A DNA stretch of 64,000 nt, taken from positions 21,700,001 through 21,764,000 of the forward strand of contig CM022673.1 of assembly GCA_012295275.1 (NCBI GenBank), given 5' to 3'. Of this stretch, positions 34,472-53,710 are shown one piece after another. The stretch's first letter is position 1. The number at the start of each line of letters is the position of its first letter. This stretch comes from Chrysomallon squamiferum (Eukaryota > Animalia > Mollusca). A program made the position numbers and the translations under genes. A model generated the notes under the pieces. That model saw nothing but the letters and a program-made list of their open reading frames with translations, made no database searches and had not been told where the DNA came from.

Positions 34472-37400
34472 AACAAAGTTAAAAATGTTGTCGGTAAGCA
34501 AGATAAAAAAAACAATGATCAATATATTTTTAATCCATACTGCAACATTGACATTCTGTTGGTAACAATCACCAAGACAATCTTTATTTGAAGTGACTTA
34601 AGGCTTTTTAATTTTTTGTCACTAATGTTATCAGTGTGCAGCCTAACATTTAGATTTTGATTTTGATTTTTTTTTTTAATATTTGACAGCACTTTTTATC
34701 ATTTTTTTGTTTTCTTATACATACATACATGCATTCATCCATCCATCCATCCATACAACCAACCCATTCTCAAAAGGTGAACCTTGATTCATGACGCACA
34801 GGCACTATTTTGAAAATTATTTTTAAGTAGAAATACTAATTTTAATGGAAAGTCTTAACATTATTTTAAAAAATTTTGCTGATGGTGTGTTTTGTTAAAC
34901 ACGCATTAATGTATTCAGATAGGCTAGTTCAAATATCTGAAAAAAATAAGTAATAAATAATCTTTTATTGTTGATTTAGAAGAAAAATGGCATGTGATCA
35001 ATAACATAAGTCAGGGTCTTTTTGGTTTTATGTTAAGTATACTTTGAAAGGAATTACAAAACCAAGTTTTTACATTGAACAAATACTGTTTATATAAATG
35101 TTACTTGAAAAAGACTACCAGCTTTCATGTTAATTCTCTGCAGTACATAAACTTGGCTAATCCTTGGAGCCTGCTCTAGAAGGGTATTGCAGATACTAAT
35201 TGGAGGCAATACAATGTATATAATCATGACTAAAGGCAACCAAAGGCACAGGTGTGATATATCTGTCATTTGAAGCAGGCATAAAATAATTTTCTTAGCT
35301 TTGTACTTGCTGTGATTTGACTGGAAACAAGTTACCTGACCATTGTTGAAATTTTCTCTGATGGAGCTAATCAAAAATCTGTTTTAAAATTGATCAGTTT
35401 ATGATTTTATGATAATAAAAGAAAGTGATTAGTTTTTTATTCTGCACTGTATCAAAACCTCTGAATTCACCGTACTGTTATGTAGTATAGTTTGTTATGT
35501 TTACAATTCATAATTCACTGTTTACACAAGAATTTTGAAAGCAAAACATTAACCTGTCTTAGAACAGAAGATAGTTATCAGCAAAACACAATGTTTCTTC
35601 GTTTATTTCAGAATGTATTCATATTATATACAGTAATATATAACATGTAATATAGCAGTGTTACAATTACAGACTTTCTGCTATCTTGGCTTTTCTGATA
35701 ATCACTGATGTCATTCTCGAGTAGCAGTGAATGGGGAAAGGACCCTCAGACAATGGCCTGCTGACAACATATAAATAGATTTCTGAGTATAAATTTTTTG
35801 ATGATGTTCTGCACATTTCTATGCATCCTCAATTTTGAAAATTTAATTTCTATTAAACACAAGCATTTCCAATATTCTTGCAAAAAAATAAAAAAGTTAG
35901 ACTTACAAAATCATCTAAGTTGGCTTAGCAGGTGAGCAAATTTTTTTTAAAAAACACACATTTTTTCAATAGAACATTTATTTAACTTTATTTCTGCCAA
36001 ATTTCATGGAGATCTATAATTGCAATGTTGAAGACAATTTTTTGTTATGGTAATGGTTGTTGCTGTTTGATGAATGATGACACAAAAACCAAATGCTGCC
36101 TTCTGATTGGCTGAGAGTTTGCTTACCTTGTTTATAAACTACATGAATACTTTTGTTTATACTCAAATTTTTTTCACTTTTTGTTGTTTCTTTTTGCTTC
36201 AGCTAAATAAAAAATTGTTTAAACTTCTGTTTTATACATTTTTAAGGAGATACAGGCATTTTTGTCAGAGTTTTACTATCAGTATTTGGCCAGTTGACAT
36301 AATAAACAAATAGGCAAAAGAGTGGTACTTTTCCAGCAATTGAAACTGCCATAACTCCTTCAGTTTACAAGATGTTTAAAAAAAAGTTTGGGATCATTTT
36401 GTTTGTTTCTTTGGGCTCTATCCACTGAAACAATGGTATCTTAGTCTACTTTCACATGTAGAGGCGTTCTGTGCCAAAGACTGCACAACATAGTATTGCC
36501 ATTGTTTTTAAAAACAAAGGCAAAAAAAAAAAAAAAAAAAAAAAATTCTCCCTTTATTTTCATGGCAAGAACTACCAGTGTGTTACCAATCTATAAATCT
36601 GTTTTGTTTTGGATAACATTTAATAGTAGAGAAGCATTTTAAAACATGTTCAATGTTGTTTCTTGTGTCATATTTTCACCTGAATTTTCTACACCGTTCA
36701 GTTCATTTGCTCAAATAAATCATGTTTTTAGAAGTTACACCTTGTTACATGCAAATTTTTACTAAGGTTCAATGCAACAAACAAAAACAAAAAATTGATG
36801 TAAAGTGTATGTACATGATTCTATGCACGTGTGTGTGTGTGCATACACTCACAAATCAATAGAATAATTACAGGCTAGAAGTACAAATTAAATTTTTGAG
36901 AAAAATATTCATGAATTGAGTTATTTTCTTTCAGAAACTGCATTCACAGCACAAAACAACCAGGGTAAGGCAGGACCAAGGTGAATTTTGAATCGAGGAA
37001 ACTGATAAGGGAGGATGTGAACTGTGTACAAACGATGATCTAAAACTTGAATTCCAGACATAAAAAATGTATTGACTTTTGCAGTGTCTTTGTTTTGTTT
37101 TTAAAACATAATAATCTAAACAACCAGGATTTAATGCAACATTATACTGATGGCAAAGTAATTGTGAAAGATTTCTTACTTTTTTCATACCAGCAATTGT
37201 TCCGAGTAAGACAAATAACTAATGAACTAGAATAATAAAAATATTTATTATGGTTCATTTATTAAAAGATCAAGTGCAATATAAAACTCATCTTAAAACT
37301 GTAGGCATATTGTGAAATATTGTTCCATGACAATACAAAAGACTAAGTATTTTGTCATCCAATCAATTTCTGGTAACCATTATTTTTATATTTGTTTTTA

Positions 37401-38290
37401 TAAAATTCCTCAATTCACTGTAATCCTCAAAACAATTTAAAAATATTTTTGAGGTACTCTATCAGAAATTGGTCACAAGAAACAAACTATTTGGAGTTCT
37501 ACAAAATAAAAATTGGTCATTTGCACTGTCATAGTTGTTATATGAGAACCAGAATCAAGTCTTGCCACACAAATTTGAATGAAAATGAAAAGGGGAGGTA
37601 TCAAGATGCCAATGTCTTTTCACAAATGTTGGTCCCCCAGCACCAGATGTCTACAGTTGTTTTCTTTTGAGAAATGCTGAAATTTGTCCACAGAGAAACA
37701 TCCTCTTTTCTGATGAGTGATGAGCAGCCTATTCTCAAGAATTCCTTGTTGTTTGTCTTCACTGATATGTACATTATTCATTTTTAGTATCACAATTTTT
37801 TTTAAGGTCTTCTCAACTTCTGTGGTTGTCTCAAACTGCATAGAGAATTTAAAGGTTTTTTTTTTCTTTCTTTTTTTTTAAATTTAAAAACATTTTTTCT
37901 GCAATCAACGTAAGTCAGTTTAATGATGAGCTCCCTACTGCAATGCTTTGTGTGATGGTCTGATCCTACCAAAATAAAATTATTCATTGTTCCAGTAATA
38001 ATTTAAGAAAATAGGAGAAAATAAATCCTTGGATGAAATATTAATACTGAAAAAAATGGTTTAGTTTTCTAATGCTTTAAAAAATTGTTCACTAGCATGT
38101 GCAAACAAATACAACAAAAAACAAAGTAAAAATGTATACAACAGCTTTTATTGTTTAAGATGTAATCTGCAAGTGTGTAAAATAATTTTAATCCATTTGT
38201 CTACAAACATAAGTAATAAGCCTAAAATGCAACTTGACAAAAATGTTTTCCTATGTTATATATGCTACTCACCACAGAAAATAAACCAAA

Positions 38291-44150
<5,860 letters not shown>

Positions 44151-44204
44151 TTTATATGATCTTTTGTATAAACGCAACTGCAATACAAATTATGCCAACG
44201 ACAA

Positions 44205-44212
44205 CACGTGAC
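44205..44212 (-). promoter_or_regulatory. GTCACGTG E-box upstream of hnRNP paralog 2
   Basis: CACGTGAC on the + strand, about 55 bp upstream of the minus-strand ATG at 44150. Confidence 0.55.
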
Positions 44213-45299
44213 TGTTTTATATTTAGTTTTATCTTCCTCCATATTGCTGGAGATTCGCAAAAAAGCAAAAACAAGAAGAATTCGATTATACATGTCCACT
44301 GACATACAGCTGATATTATGTGTTTCCATATATACCACCTTCGCGCTGTTTCTGTCTATTCATTCTGAACATTATATTGGAGTAAAAAACCCGCACGTAC
44401 AACAACAACAAAAAACCCAACAACAAAACAACAACAACCCCCCAAAACAACAACGCCAAAACCCCAAACAAAACAAACAAAACAAAGCAAAACAACAACA
44501 ACAAGAAAAAATGGAAAGAAAAAACCAACACAAAAACAAGAATAACAACAGTCAATAAAACACCAAAACAATCAAGCATATATCTCAACTGACTTGATTT
44601 TATGTCATTGTCATTCAACTTGATTACATCATTTCCATTCAATAAAGCTACATCAGCTAAATACACAAGTGTATCGATGTAGTGCTGCTATATTTATTTT
44701 GTATGTTATTATATAAAATGAAGGTAAAAGAGACATATTTCCAAGTCGCTAAATCATCTAAAACGAACATAGACATATAGCACACAAGAAATACTATGAA
44801 AAGAAAACTGAATTAAACATATATTTATGATTAATTAGATAATAAAGGAAATTTATTTCAGTAACAGAAGGGGACATGTATCTTGAATAATGGACGTAAG
44901 ATCAGTAAATACTTACTTTTTTCTGATTTCAAATTTGATGTCAAAGACTAAGAATCGGTATAAAAGCTGGTAAAAAAAAGAAGAGTTTTTCCTCATCGTA
45001 TAGTACATATAATACATTTGTGTTTAAAGGTAATTGAAAATAAATGGCAAGATGTGATCTTGCGCAGAGTATATATATAAGGTTATTTTATTTCATACAA
45101 ATCATTTCAAAATATATTTAGTTAAAGGGGTAAAAGTTATGAATTACAATTAATTTGTTCCTACGCACTAACATTTGTACCCCCCTTGAATGGATAAACT
45201 TATTGGTTCCTAATGCTTTAAGTTAAAGAATTAGAGTGACATGTTCATACTTGGATAACAGTTCATTTTTTAAAACTCAGTTTCCTCAGTATTTTGATA

Positions 45300-47800
45300 A
45301 ATAAGCTGCAGAAGGGCAAGGGCAGATTGTTGAGTCTTTAGTAACTTTCCTCCTTTACATCACTGATTTTCCTGTTAAATGATAAATAAGGATAATGCAT
45401 ATTTATTATAAAAATATACTTTTATTACAGTGTGAAAATATAGACGATAATTTAGAGAAAACCTTTATCAGTAAAGAGCATATAAAGTTTGAATGTTGCC
45501 TAGCTGTGATCTCATAATAAGCATGCAAGAATTTTACAGTTGCACTGAAAAACTGATTTTCAGATGCTATAAGGTAAAAGACATAAAGACAATTTTCAAA
45601 ATTGCCCTTTTAAGGCTGCTTTGCTTCTTTCAAGTTCCATAACAGTAAACATATTACATGAAGGTTGTTTACCATCCAGCTGAACTATGATATCAGGTAA
45701 CCTAATTATATAATACATTTGGCATTTGCTTTCTACTTAAAACTTTCATGATCTCATTTCCTCTAAGTCTTTGTGTTTTATAAACTTAATGATAGGACAG
45801 TATTGAAGTGATCCCTTTTTGTGTGGTGTATCCTTTTGGTTCTGAAAGATCATGTCCAGCTGTACTGAAGTTGAATGTTAACATACTGAAATCAAAGATT
45901 TTTCAAATTTGTATCCAACTTAGAGCTGTTCGACGCTGAAATGTATCGTTTTCTCTGTGAAAGTCCTCATCTTTGGGAAACTTGTTTAGATTTCATTCTT
46001 CCTTCGTTTAGTGACTAGACGCCAAGACCAGCAGTGCCTGTGAATGATACAGTTCTCTGCAGAACACTTCTCGTAGAAAATACAGCTTGTTGTATTTCTC
46101 CAGTAGTCTCTCAGTAGGTTTATGCAGTTTTGGATGACATCTTCAGTCGTCTGTTCTGCTTCTGCACAAGAAAGCACAGAAGAAGATACCTGTCGGATCT
46201 TTTTATGCATTTGCTGGTTGAACCTATTGTGTCCATTCCTAAATCGGAAAATGATGATTTATTTGTTCAGGCGATAGTCATTGGTTTGTTTGGCAGATCA
46301 ATAGAGATATTTAATATGGGATTTCATCTCTTTAAATGTCACTCAGTTATTCTCCTGTTCATTACCTGCACCTAGTTTTACCAATCTGTCTTCATTCACA
46401 TTTCCATGTATGCCACAGTAATCTGGGATCCGTTGTAACGTTGGATGTAGGGCTTCTGAAAATCTGTCTGGCTTGAGTCTGATGCAGGAATAGTCGTTAA
46501 TTATGTAGTTCATTAGGTGTTGTGGGCAAGCCTTGAACTTAGTGGCTTGTAAAGCGGCGTTTGTTGACGGTCACAATACCAGCTAGCTGTTCCATTTTCT
46601 CAATAGAGATTGACCTCATTGCTCCAGAGTTTGGTTTTGAACTCTGTCTAATTTTTGTTGATGTGACTTTGCACCTGTTGATGACCATGCACTGGATCCA
46701 TTGTCAAGATGTCGTCTTATCGCTCCTTAATAGACATTTTTCAGCAGGTTATGATCTGAACTCCACTTGGTGCCAGCTAATGTTCTCTTTACTGGAAGTT
46801 TTTTTTTTCGATCTTTGGCTCAGGCTCCTCCGTTTGCAGTTTCCAGGTCTCTCTGTTGTCAAACGAGGTATGTCTGTTGGTTCTGATACTGCAGAGGGGT
46901 TTTAGGTTACCAGCTTCCTGCTTTGTGGAGAGTGAGAAGAGAGTGGCAGCTGATTTGTCTTTGTTGATTATCATGCACCAGTCTCGATATATTGATGTAG
47001 ATGCATACCCTAAGTGCACCAGAAAACTAGGTCATCTGCACATAGTGCTGCATGTATCGCTTTGGGCAGTTGTGTGAAGATTATGAAAAGAGTAGGAGAC
47101 AGTACTCCTCCCTGAGCTACTGCATGGCGCAAATGTATTTTCTTGCTGCGCTGGCCATCTGCCATTCAGATTAATGAAATTAAGGTTTCTATCTCCTCTT
47201 TGAGAGAATTCTTTGTCATTTGGAAAATATAAATGTACAATGTGAAGCTGAGACATTTTTGTTTTGATCTTGGCCTCAATGAATTCAGCTGTCTGTACAA
47301 ATCTGTTAATTTCAATGGCACTGAGTGACTAGCCCAGCGTGAAGCGTATCGATTCTTTCAGATGGGATTCGTGGAGAGTTTCATGCATGAAGTGTTGATG
47401 CTTTGTCTTGTTGTTTGAAACTCCCTCAGCATTCCAGTAATTGTCTTATCAGTAGCTTTTCTTCCTCGTCTCGAAGAGATAGTCGGGAAGAGCTTCAAGC
47501 AGCTGAAAATGAGCTATTTTGAGGTAAAAAGCCTGGCCCTGCTCATGCCTGGTGAGTCATCATAGGGTCAGTACCGATCACGTCATTATTGTCCCGAAAT
47601 ATAGTTGTAACAGCTGTTGATGTATAGTACTGTGGTCTATTAGAGAGTGCCGTGCGGTCCAACATTTCTGTTTTCAGCACTCGAGGTTTCTGTTAGGATT
47701 ACATCACCCTTAGTCCATATCTCTCTAGTCTCTACCCATTTGTCAGGCCAGCATTGATGATTGAGATACATAAGCCCCCTGACCACGTCAAGGAATGGAC
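45300..47800 (-). mobile_element. Probable heavily decayed non-LTR retrotransposon (LINE-like) remnant; boundaries approximate
   Basis: Higher-complexity block without microsatellites, with broken minus-strand reading frames. Faint APE-endonuclease-like (HET..; LHIVHLYFPND) and RT-like (G.PQ.GS region near 45800-45840) fragments occur in the expected order. Confidence 0.35.
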
Positions 47801-48815
47801 TATGAATGGCTTATTCAGATGAAGCTGTGGATTCTTTCCTGTCTCTGGTGATGCCATAGGTTTCTGTTTCTTATTGTTATGAATATTTGGTCATTATCAG
47901 GAAAACTGATAATGAAGGTAATGTGACCAGATGTGAAGCAAAATTTTAAAGAAACTGAAGATTACCAAATGGAAATGTGCACGTTGTGAACGCCTGGATA
48001 ATTTATAGCAAATATTCGAAACAGTGTTCTACGCATCGAGGAAGCCTTTTCAATAAGATTAACACTACAAGTAGACACTGTTACCACACACACAGACACA
48101 CCAACATAAAAAAAACACAAGAAAACAAAAAGAAGAAGAAAAAATACTGTTGAGTAAAACAATTATATCATTTATTATTTTTTTTGTTTTTACTGACAGG
48201 AAGAATAAATTTACGGTTTCATTTGCATTTATCGTTTTCTGGCAGATGTCTATAACATCTAACTTAACAAATTATTGTATTTAAATGAAAATATAAAACA
48301 TATTTTAAGTTGAAAATATCCCTTTGACATATTTATGAGTTAGATATGATACTTCATTACTTTTGCCTCTCGATATATAACCGTTATCGCGCATGCACAC
48401 TAACACACCCGCACGCACACACATTCAGACATATAGATATATGTCTCAAACCGTTATTTCACAAGGATTATTCATGCGGGACTGAATACAGAGGCAAGTA
48501 TTACCATACCGGATTTTCTTACTATGTTTAATTTATTATTAAATTGAAAAATATTTAAATATTTTACAAATTTTTTTTAAAATAAAATAAAATCCCAGAG
48601 TTCCCCTGGAAGGTAAAGTTAAATTTCCCTAATTTTCATTTACTTATTTAAATTTTCTTCTTGACTTATTTATATAATCTTAACTCTAGACTCTGGAGCA
48701 AACGTTAACATATGCAGCGAGCTCTACTGAAAACGAACATCAGGAAAGAAATACAGAACATGGATCGTAGGAAGGACATCAAAAACGTTGCTCTAGAATC
48801 GAGTAGAGTCTAGAC

Positions 48816-48943
48816 CAGTCACGGGCAAACTGCGGCCCGCGCTGCTTTCTGACTGGCCCGCCTAATTGTTCCATTTACACTATACACTGAGGATGAGCCA
48901 TGTCTCATGGGGCCCGCTTCTCGAAAAAGGTTGCCCATGCCCG
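48816..48943. mobile_element. 128-bp hAT (Charlie-type) MITE
   Basis: TIRs CAGTCACGGGCAA / CGGGCATGGGCAA (10/13), internal GGCCCGC repeats, and 8-bp target duplication GTCTAGAC (48808-48815) / ATCTAGAC (48944-48951) matching the NTCTAGAN preference of Charlie-type hATs. Confidence 0.85.
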
Positions 48944-49562
48944 ATCTAGACGTTTGTGAAAGTTGACCTGAAACCTGGCTGAACAGTTGCATGTTCAAGT
49001 GCAAGACGCAGCCAATAACTAAAACAGTATTTTAAAATAAATTTCATTTTATTCCTTGTTTTGTTACAGTAAAAGATAAATTCAAATTCCTGAACAAAAC
49101 CTGGTTGGGTAAAATTTACTTTGGACACGTTGTCATATGTAAACGGAACACAAAAATATTGAAAACATCTAAATTAGGTAATCATTGCTTCATTTAGCCT
49201 GAATAATTTGTTTTAATTTTTTTTTTAAATTTTTTTTTGTTGAAACTCTTTTGTTGACCCTTACTACAAAACACTCGTTTGTTTCTCGCAGTACGCTCAG
49301 ATGTATCGTTGATTTGTTTAGCATTGTGAATACTGTGTAGATATGAAACAGTGTTTCGGACAGAGACATGATTGGTGTCAGTTCAGGGACTCAACACATA
49401 CATCATAGTAACCTAGTTATTCACGAGCGACCCCTAACCCGGTGGGCAGCACGACAGCCGGCTTCGTTCTGTCAGCATTTACAGATTATGGAACAAATAA
49501 TATATACGTGTTAATAGTTTGTGTGTGAGTGTCTGACTGTTTTCTTCCGTTAATTTCAGATC

Positions 49563-51867
49563 ATGAATCTTACGATCTTGTTGACTGCTCTTTTATGGTT
49601 CGTGTCCGTTGAACTTGTTTTTTGTGAAGATGCGGTTAGTATAATTTATTTTCTAAATATCTCATATATCATTTTGTTTTTTGAAGTCCGTAAATATAAG
49701 AAAAATTGCACATTTGTTACTTCCCAGTAATAGTAACCTAACAACAACAACAACAACAACAACAACAGCGATAATGGCAATAGTAATAATAATAATTATT
49801 TATTTAGATGAAACAGTAGCTATTATAAGTTAACTATCTGTGGACCTTTCTAGCTCACTGTGGGACGTTTTTGATTATTTTATTATTTTCTCTAAGTAAT
49901 GTAATGTAAATGAAGGTTTAACGCAATCATGTTTTGGAGAACTATTTTCTTCAAAGTATTTGGGGAATCGTAGAAGTTTGTGGACCTCGAACATTAAATA
50001 ACTAGTAAAAAAAGTTTATAACAGGAATTAATTTCTTTAAATTTTTTTTACTTCTTGCCCGCCTCTAAAATGGAATAGATAATATAAACGACATCTTAAT
50101 AGTAAAAATGTGAAAATTCACATAACACAGTATAGATTGAAAATCTAAGAATATATACTTTCTATTTTGTTTCTTTGATTCTGTTAGGACAACGCGAGGC
50201 TACGTCGAATGAAACGCGTAATTACTGGAGAAAAATGGAAGCGCTGGCCTAAAGGCATAATTCCGTTTTGCTTTGATAATGATATAGGTATCCTTCTTGT
50301 TAATCCTTTGTTATTAGTATGTTATTCTTGTCAGTAGTGTTCATTTTATACTTTATTTTTCGATGAATTAGCGAAAACGAATGAATGTGCCCGTATAACT
50401 GTGTATTTCATGTGAAAAAAATGTATTACAAAAATCAAAGTTCCCGAGCTTAACGGCGCTTTTGAGACGGAACCCTCTTAAATGGATTCTGGTCGGTTTA
50501 AGTCATGTAAGCATGTTTCCTCAAAGTCATAGTTATCTTTTTCCATGGCCTGTTTTGAGATGTTTTCAGTCAGAGAGAGGTATGTGATATTTCGAGAAAT
50601 CAACGTCAGAATATTTAATTTGAGTAATATATATATATTTATATAAAGAGCTCGAAATTAAATCGAATTTGCTCAGATTGATCATGTCGCATGTTGTTCT
50701 AGATTCGTGGAAGATACCGTTTTACACTGCAGCAATGGACATGTTCAAAGAAAACACATGTATTCAGTATAAACGTTCAGAATGTTCGAAGATTACAGCA
50801 GGAATTAAAATTAGGAGTTCCGGGCCGTAAGTCATATTTGTCATATCAGTTTCTAATGTAGTTTATGTAAATAGTATTCAACTAGTAACAATCCAGTTTC
50901 TTTACTTCAGATCGGAGGCCTACCTGGGGCGTCAGTGGACATTGAGAAGTGTTACACTCGGAGGTGGATTTGTAAGTAATATTTATTTAAAAATATTCTC
51001 ATTCAGTAATTATAAATAAAACTCAGATTATTATGTGATGGCTATTCTAACTTTTTTCCCAATGAAGAAAACTCCACATTCATCTGAATGATATTATAAA
51101 TATCAAAGATAAAAATCTATATAAATAAAACAATGGTTTAATAAACAACAACAACAACAACAACAACAATAAAAAAAAAATACAATAAGAAGCAGTTTTT
51201 TTTAATGATCTAGGTATAATGAAAGAATTAATAAATGCAGTTTAATAAATTTTGTAAAATTTTATTTTAAATGTTTAATATATTTTTCAGAAATTATTAG
51301 TAATGGTATAATTATTGAAGCAGTGTAAAAGTGTTAAATATTATTTCTTTAGACCCTGGCCATCCACGAACTTTATCACACTATTGGTGGACTGCACGAA
51401 ATGACCAATTTTCAAAGTTTCGCCGTTGCTCCATTTTTTATAGATAATGTTGATCCTTGTAAGTATCTTTTAACTATTCTTATTAACTTTGCTTCATTTT
51501 ATTACGTTCGACGTAACCTGACTTAAAGCGTGTCCAAAAGAATTAAAAAAACGGCAACTAAACACTGTTTAAACTGTACTTGACATAGTTCTAAGTGTCT
51601 GCCAACGCCTCATCTCTTTGATTCATCTACCTCTGAGTTATTTATCCATGCAGTCTGTATATCTTGTACTTATTATTATTATTTCTTTTGTGTGTATCAT
51701 CGAAAAATATATAAACTTAAAGAGTAACAAGAACAGTAACAATAAAATACTACTACTACTACTACTACTACTAGTACTATTGCCACTACTACTACCACTA
51801 CTGCTACTACTTCTACTATTATCACTATTACTACTACTATAACCACTACTACTGCTGGTACTACTAT

Positions 51868-51911
<44 letters not shown>

Positions 51912-53198
51912 GTACTGATTATGAAGATGACAATAAATAACAACAACAAAGACAAACATCTACAAAAAAGACTGAGATCTCAAATCTAAACCTACATTCA
52001 TTGGATTACATATTCTGATATGGAATTAAAGACAAACAAAAATATATACGATTGTACGTACACAGGTACAAACATTCATAAACATGTATACATACAAACA
52101 TAGGTACGCGCACAAAAACGTATACACAAAAAAGGTAAATGTTTAAACTGTACTTGACATAGTTCTAAGAGTCTGCCAGTTCATCTCTTTGATTCATCTA
52201 CCTTTATGTTATTTATCCATGCAGTCTGTATATCTTATACTTATTATTATTTTTTGTTTTGTGTGTGTTATCGAAAAATATATAAACCTATGAATAACAA
52301 GAGATACAAAACTATATATGATTATATATACACAGGTACAAACATTCATACATATATATACATACAAACATACGTACATACACAGGAACATAATCTCAGT
52401 CATACAATATAATTGTCTGAAAAATCCTCATCTCCGACTCACTTTATGCTGGTATACATTCACTCAACTTTCTATTTTTGGCATTTTGTCTAGATTATAG
52501 AAACGAATTTCTACCACAATATTCCGAAAATGATATGATCAAGAACACTATTCACACGACATTCTTCGACTTAGATTCTCCGATGCTTTACACACGATAT
52601 GTAAGTTTTATAGCGTGGTAGTCGTACAACGTTCTGCTATAGTTAAACGTACATATAACCTATAAAAACACCGAGTATCATGAACAGACAGAAACATACA
52701 TACTTATGTATACTGATATTCATACATAATATATATATATATATACATAGCTACAGTCGTGCATACGTGCCTATATATATGTGTGTGTAATGCATAGATA
52801 CGAACATACTTACATACTGAGGGATAATTGCCTCGCTCTCTTAGTCACCTTTTTTAATCTTGCCTCGAGTGGTATCGTCGTCTGAACCTGGAACGTGGGT
52901 GAATGGCTGCTTTGTGTCTGCTTTGTGTCTGCATCTTGTCGTCCGCATCTGATATTTGTGAGGTCGTGATTAGACTTTTTCTACTGTGCCAAGGACTTCC
53001 CCAATACGTTCAAAATCTAATCAGACGTGTACATCATACAGACTATTCAGTTCTAAACAGAAACAAGTACATACAAATACATACATACACATAGACACAC
53101 ATACAGACATACATACATATATTTATATATTTACATTGCACATATTCGGTATTTATTTATTTATATATTTATTGTTATTATTTTCAATATTGTCATTG

Positions 53199-53254
<56 letters not shown>

Positions 53255-53629
53255 GTTATTATTATTATTTTCATGTATAAATAAATCTGAAATGCCTGTT
53301 CATTTCATAAAGCAACTGATAGGAAATGTAAAAAAGAATTAACAACAAAAAAAAAAAAAAAAAAAAAAAAAAGAAAAAAAACTCCAACCATGTTTTATAT
53401 ATTTTCATCACTTTTAGAATACATCCAAAAATGGCTTTCCTGTTTATGATCTGATGTACCCGGATCAGTTTAGCGCTGGTTACACAGACGTTTACAACGG
53501 GCTTATGTTCAAAGACATAAACGACTTTTACGACTGTTGGAGTAAGAGTTTGATTATTATTCTTTTTAATTTCCTATTTTATTTCAGATTTCTTCTTCTC
53601 TTAATCTTATAGAAGACAATAATAAGACA

Positions 53630-53710
<81 letters not shown>

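Noticed and set aside
36074-37963. C-box/D-box pairs (ATGATGA...CTGA) at ~36074-36114 and ~37923-37963 as possible snoRNAs
   Set aside because: They span only ~40 nt, have no terminal stem, and such motifs are expected by chance.
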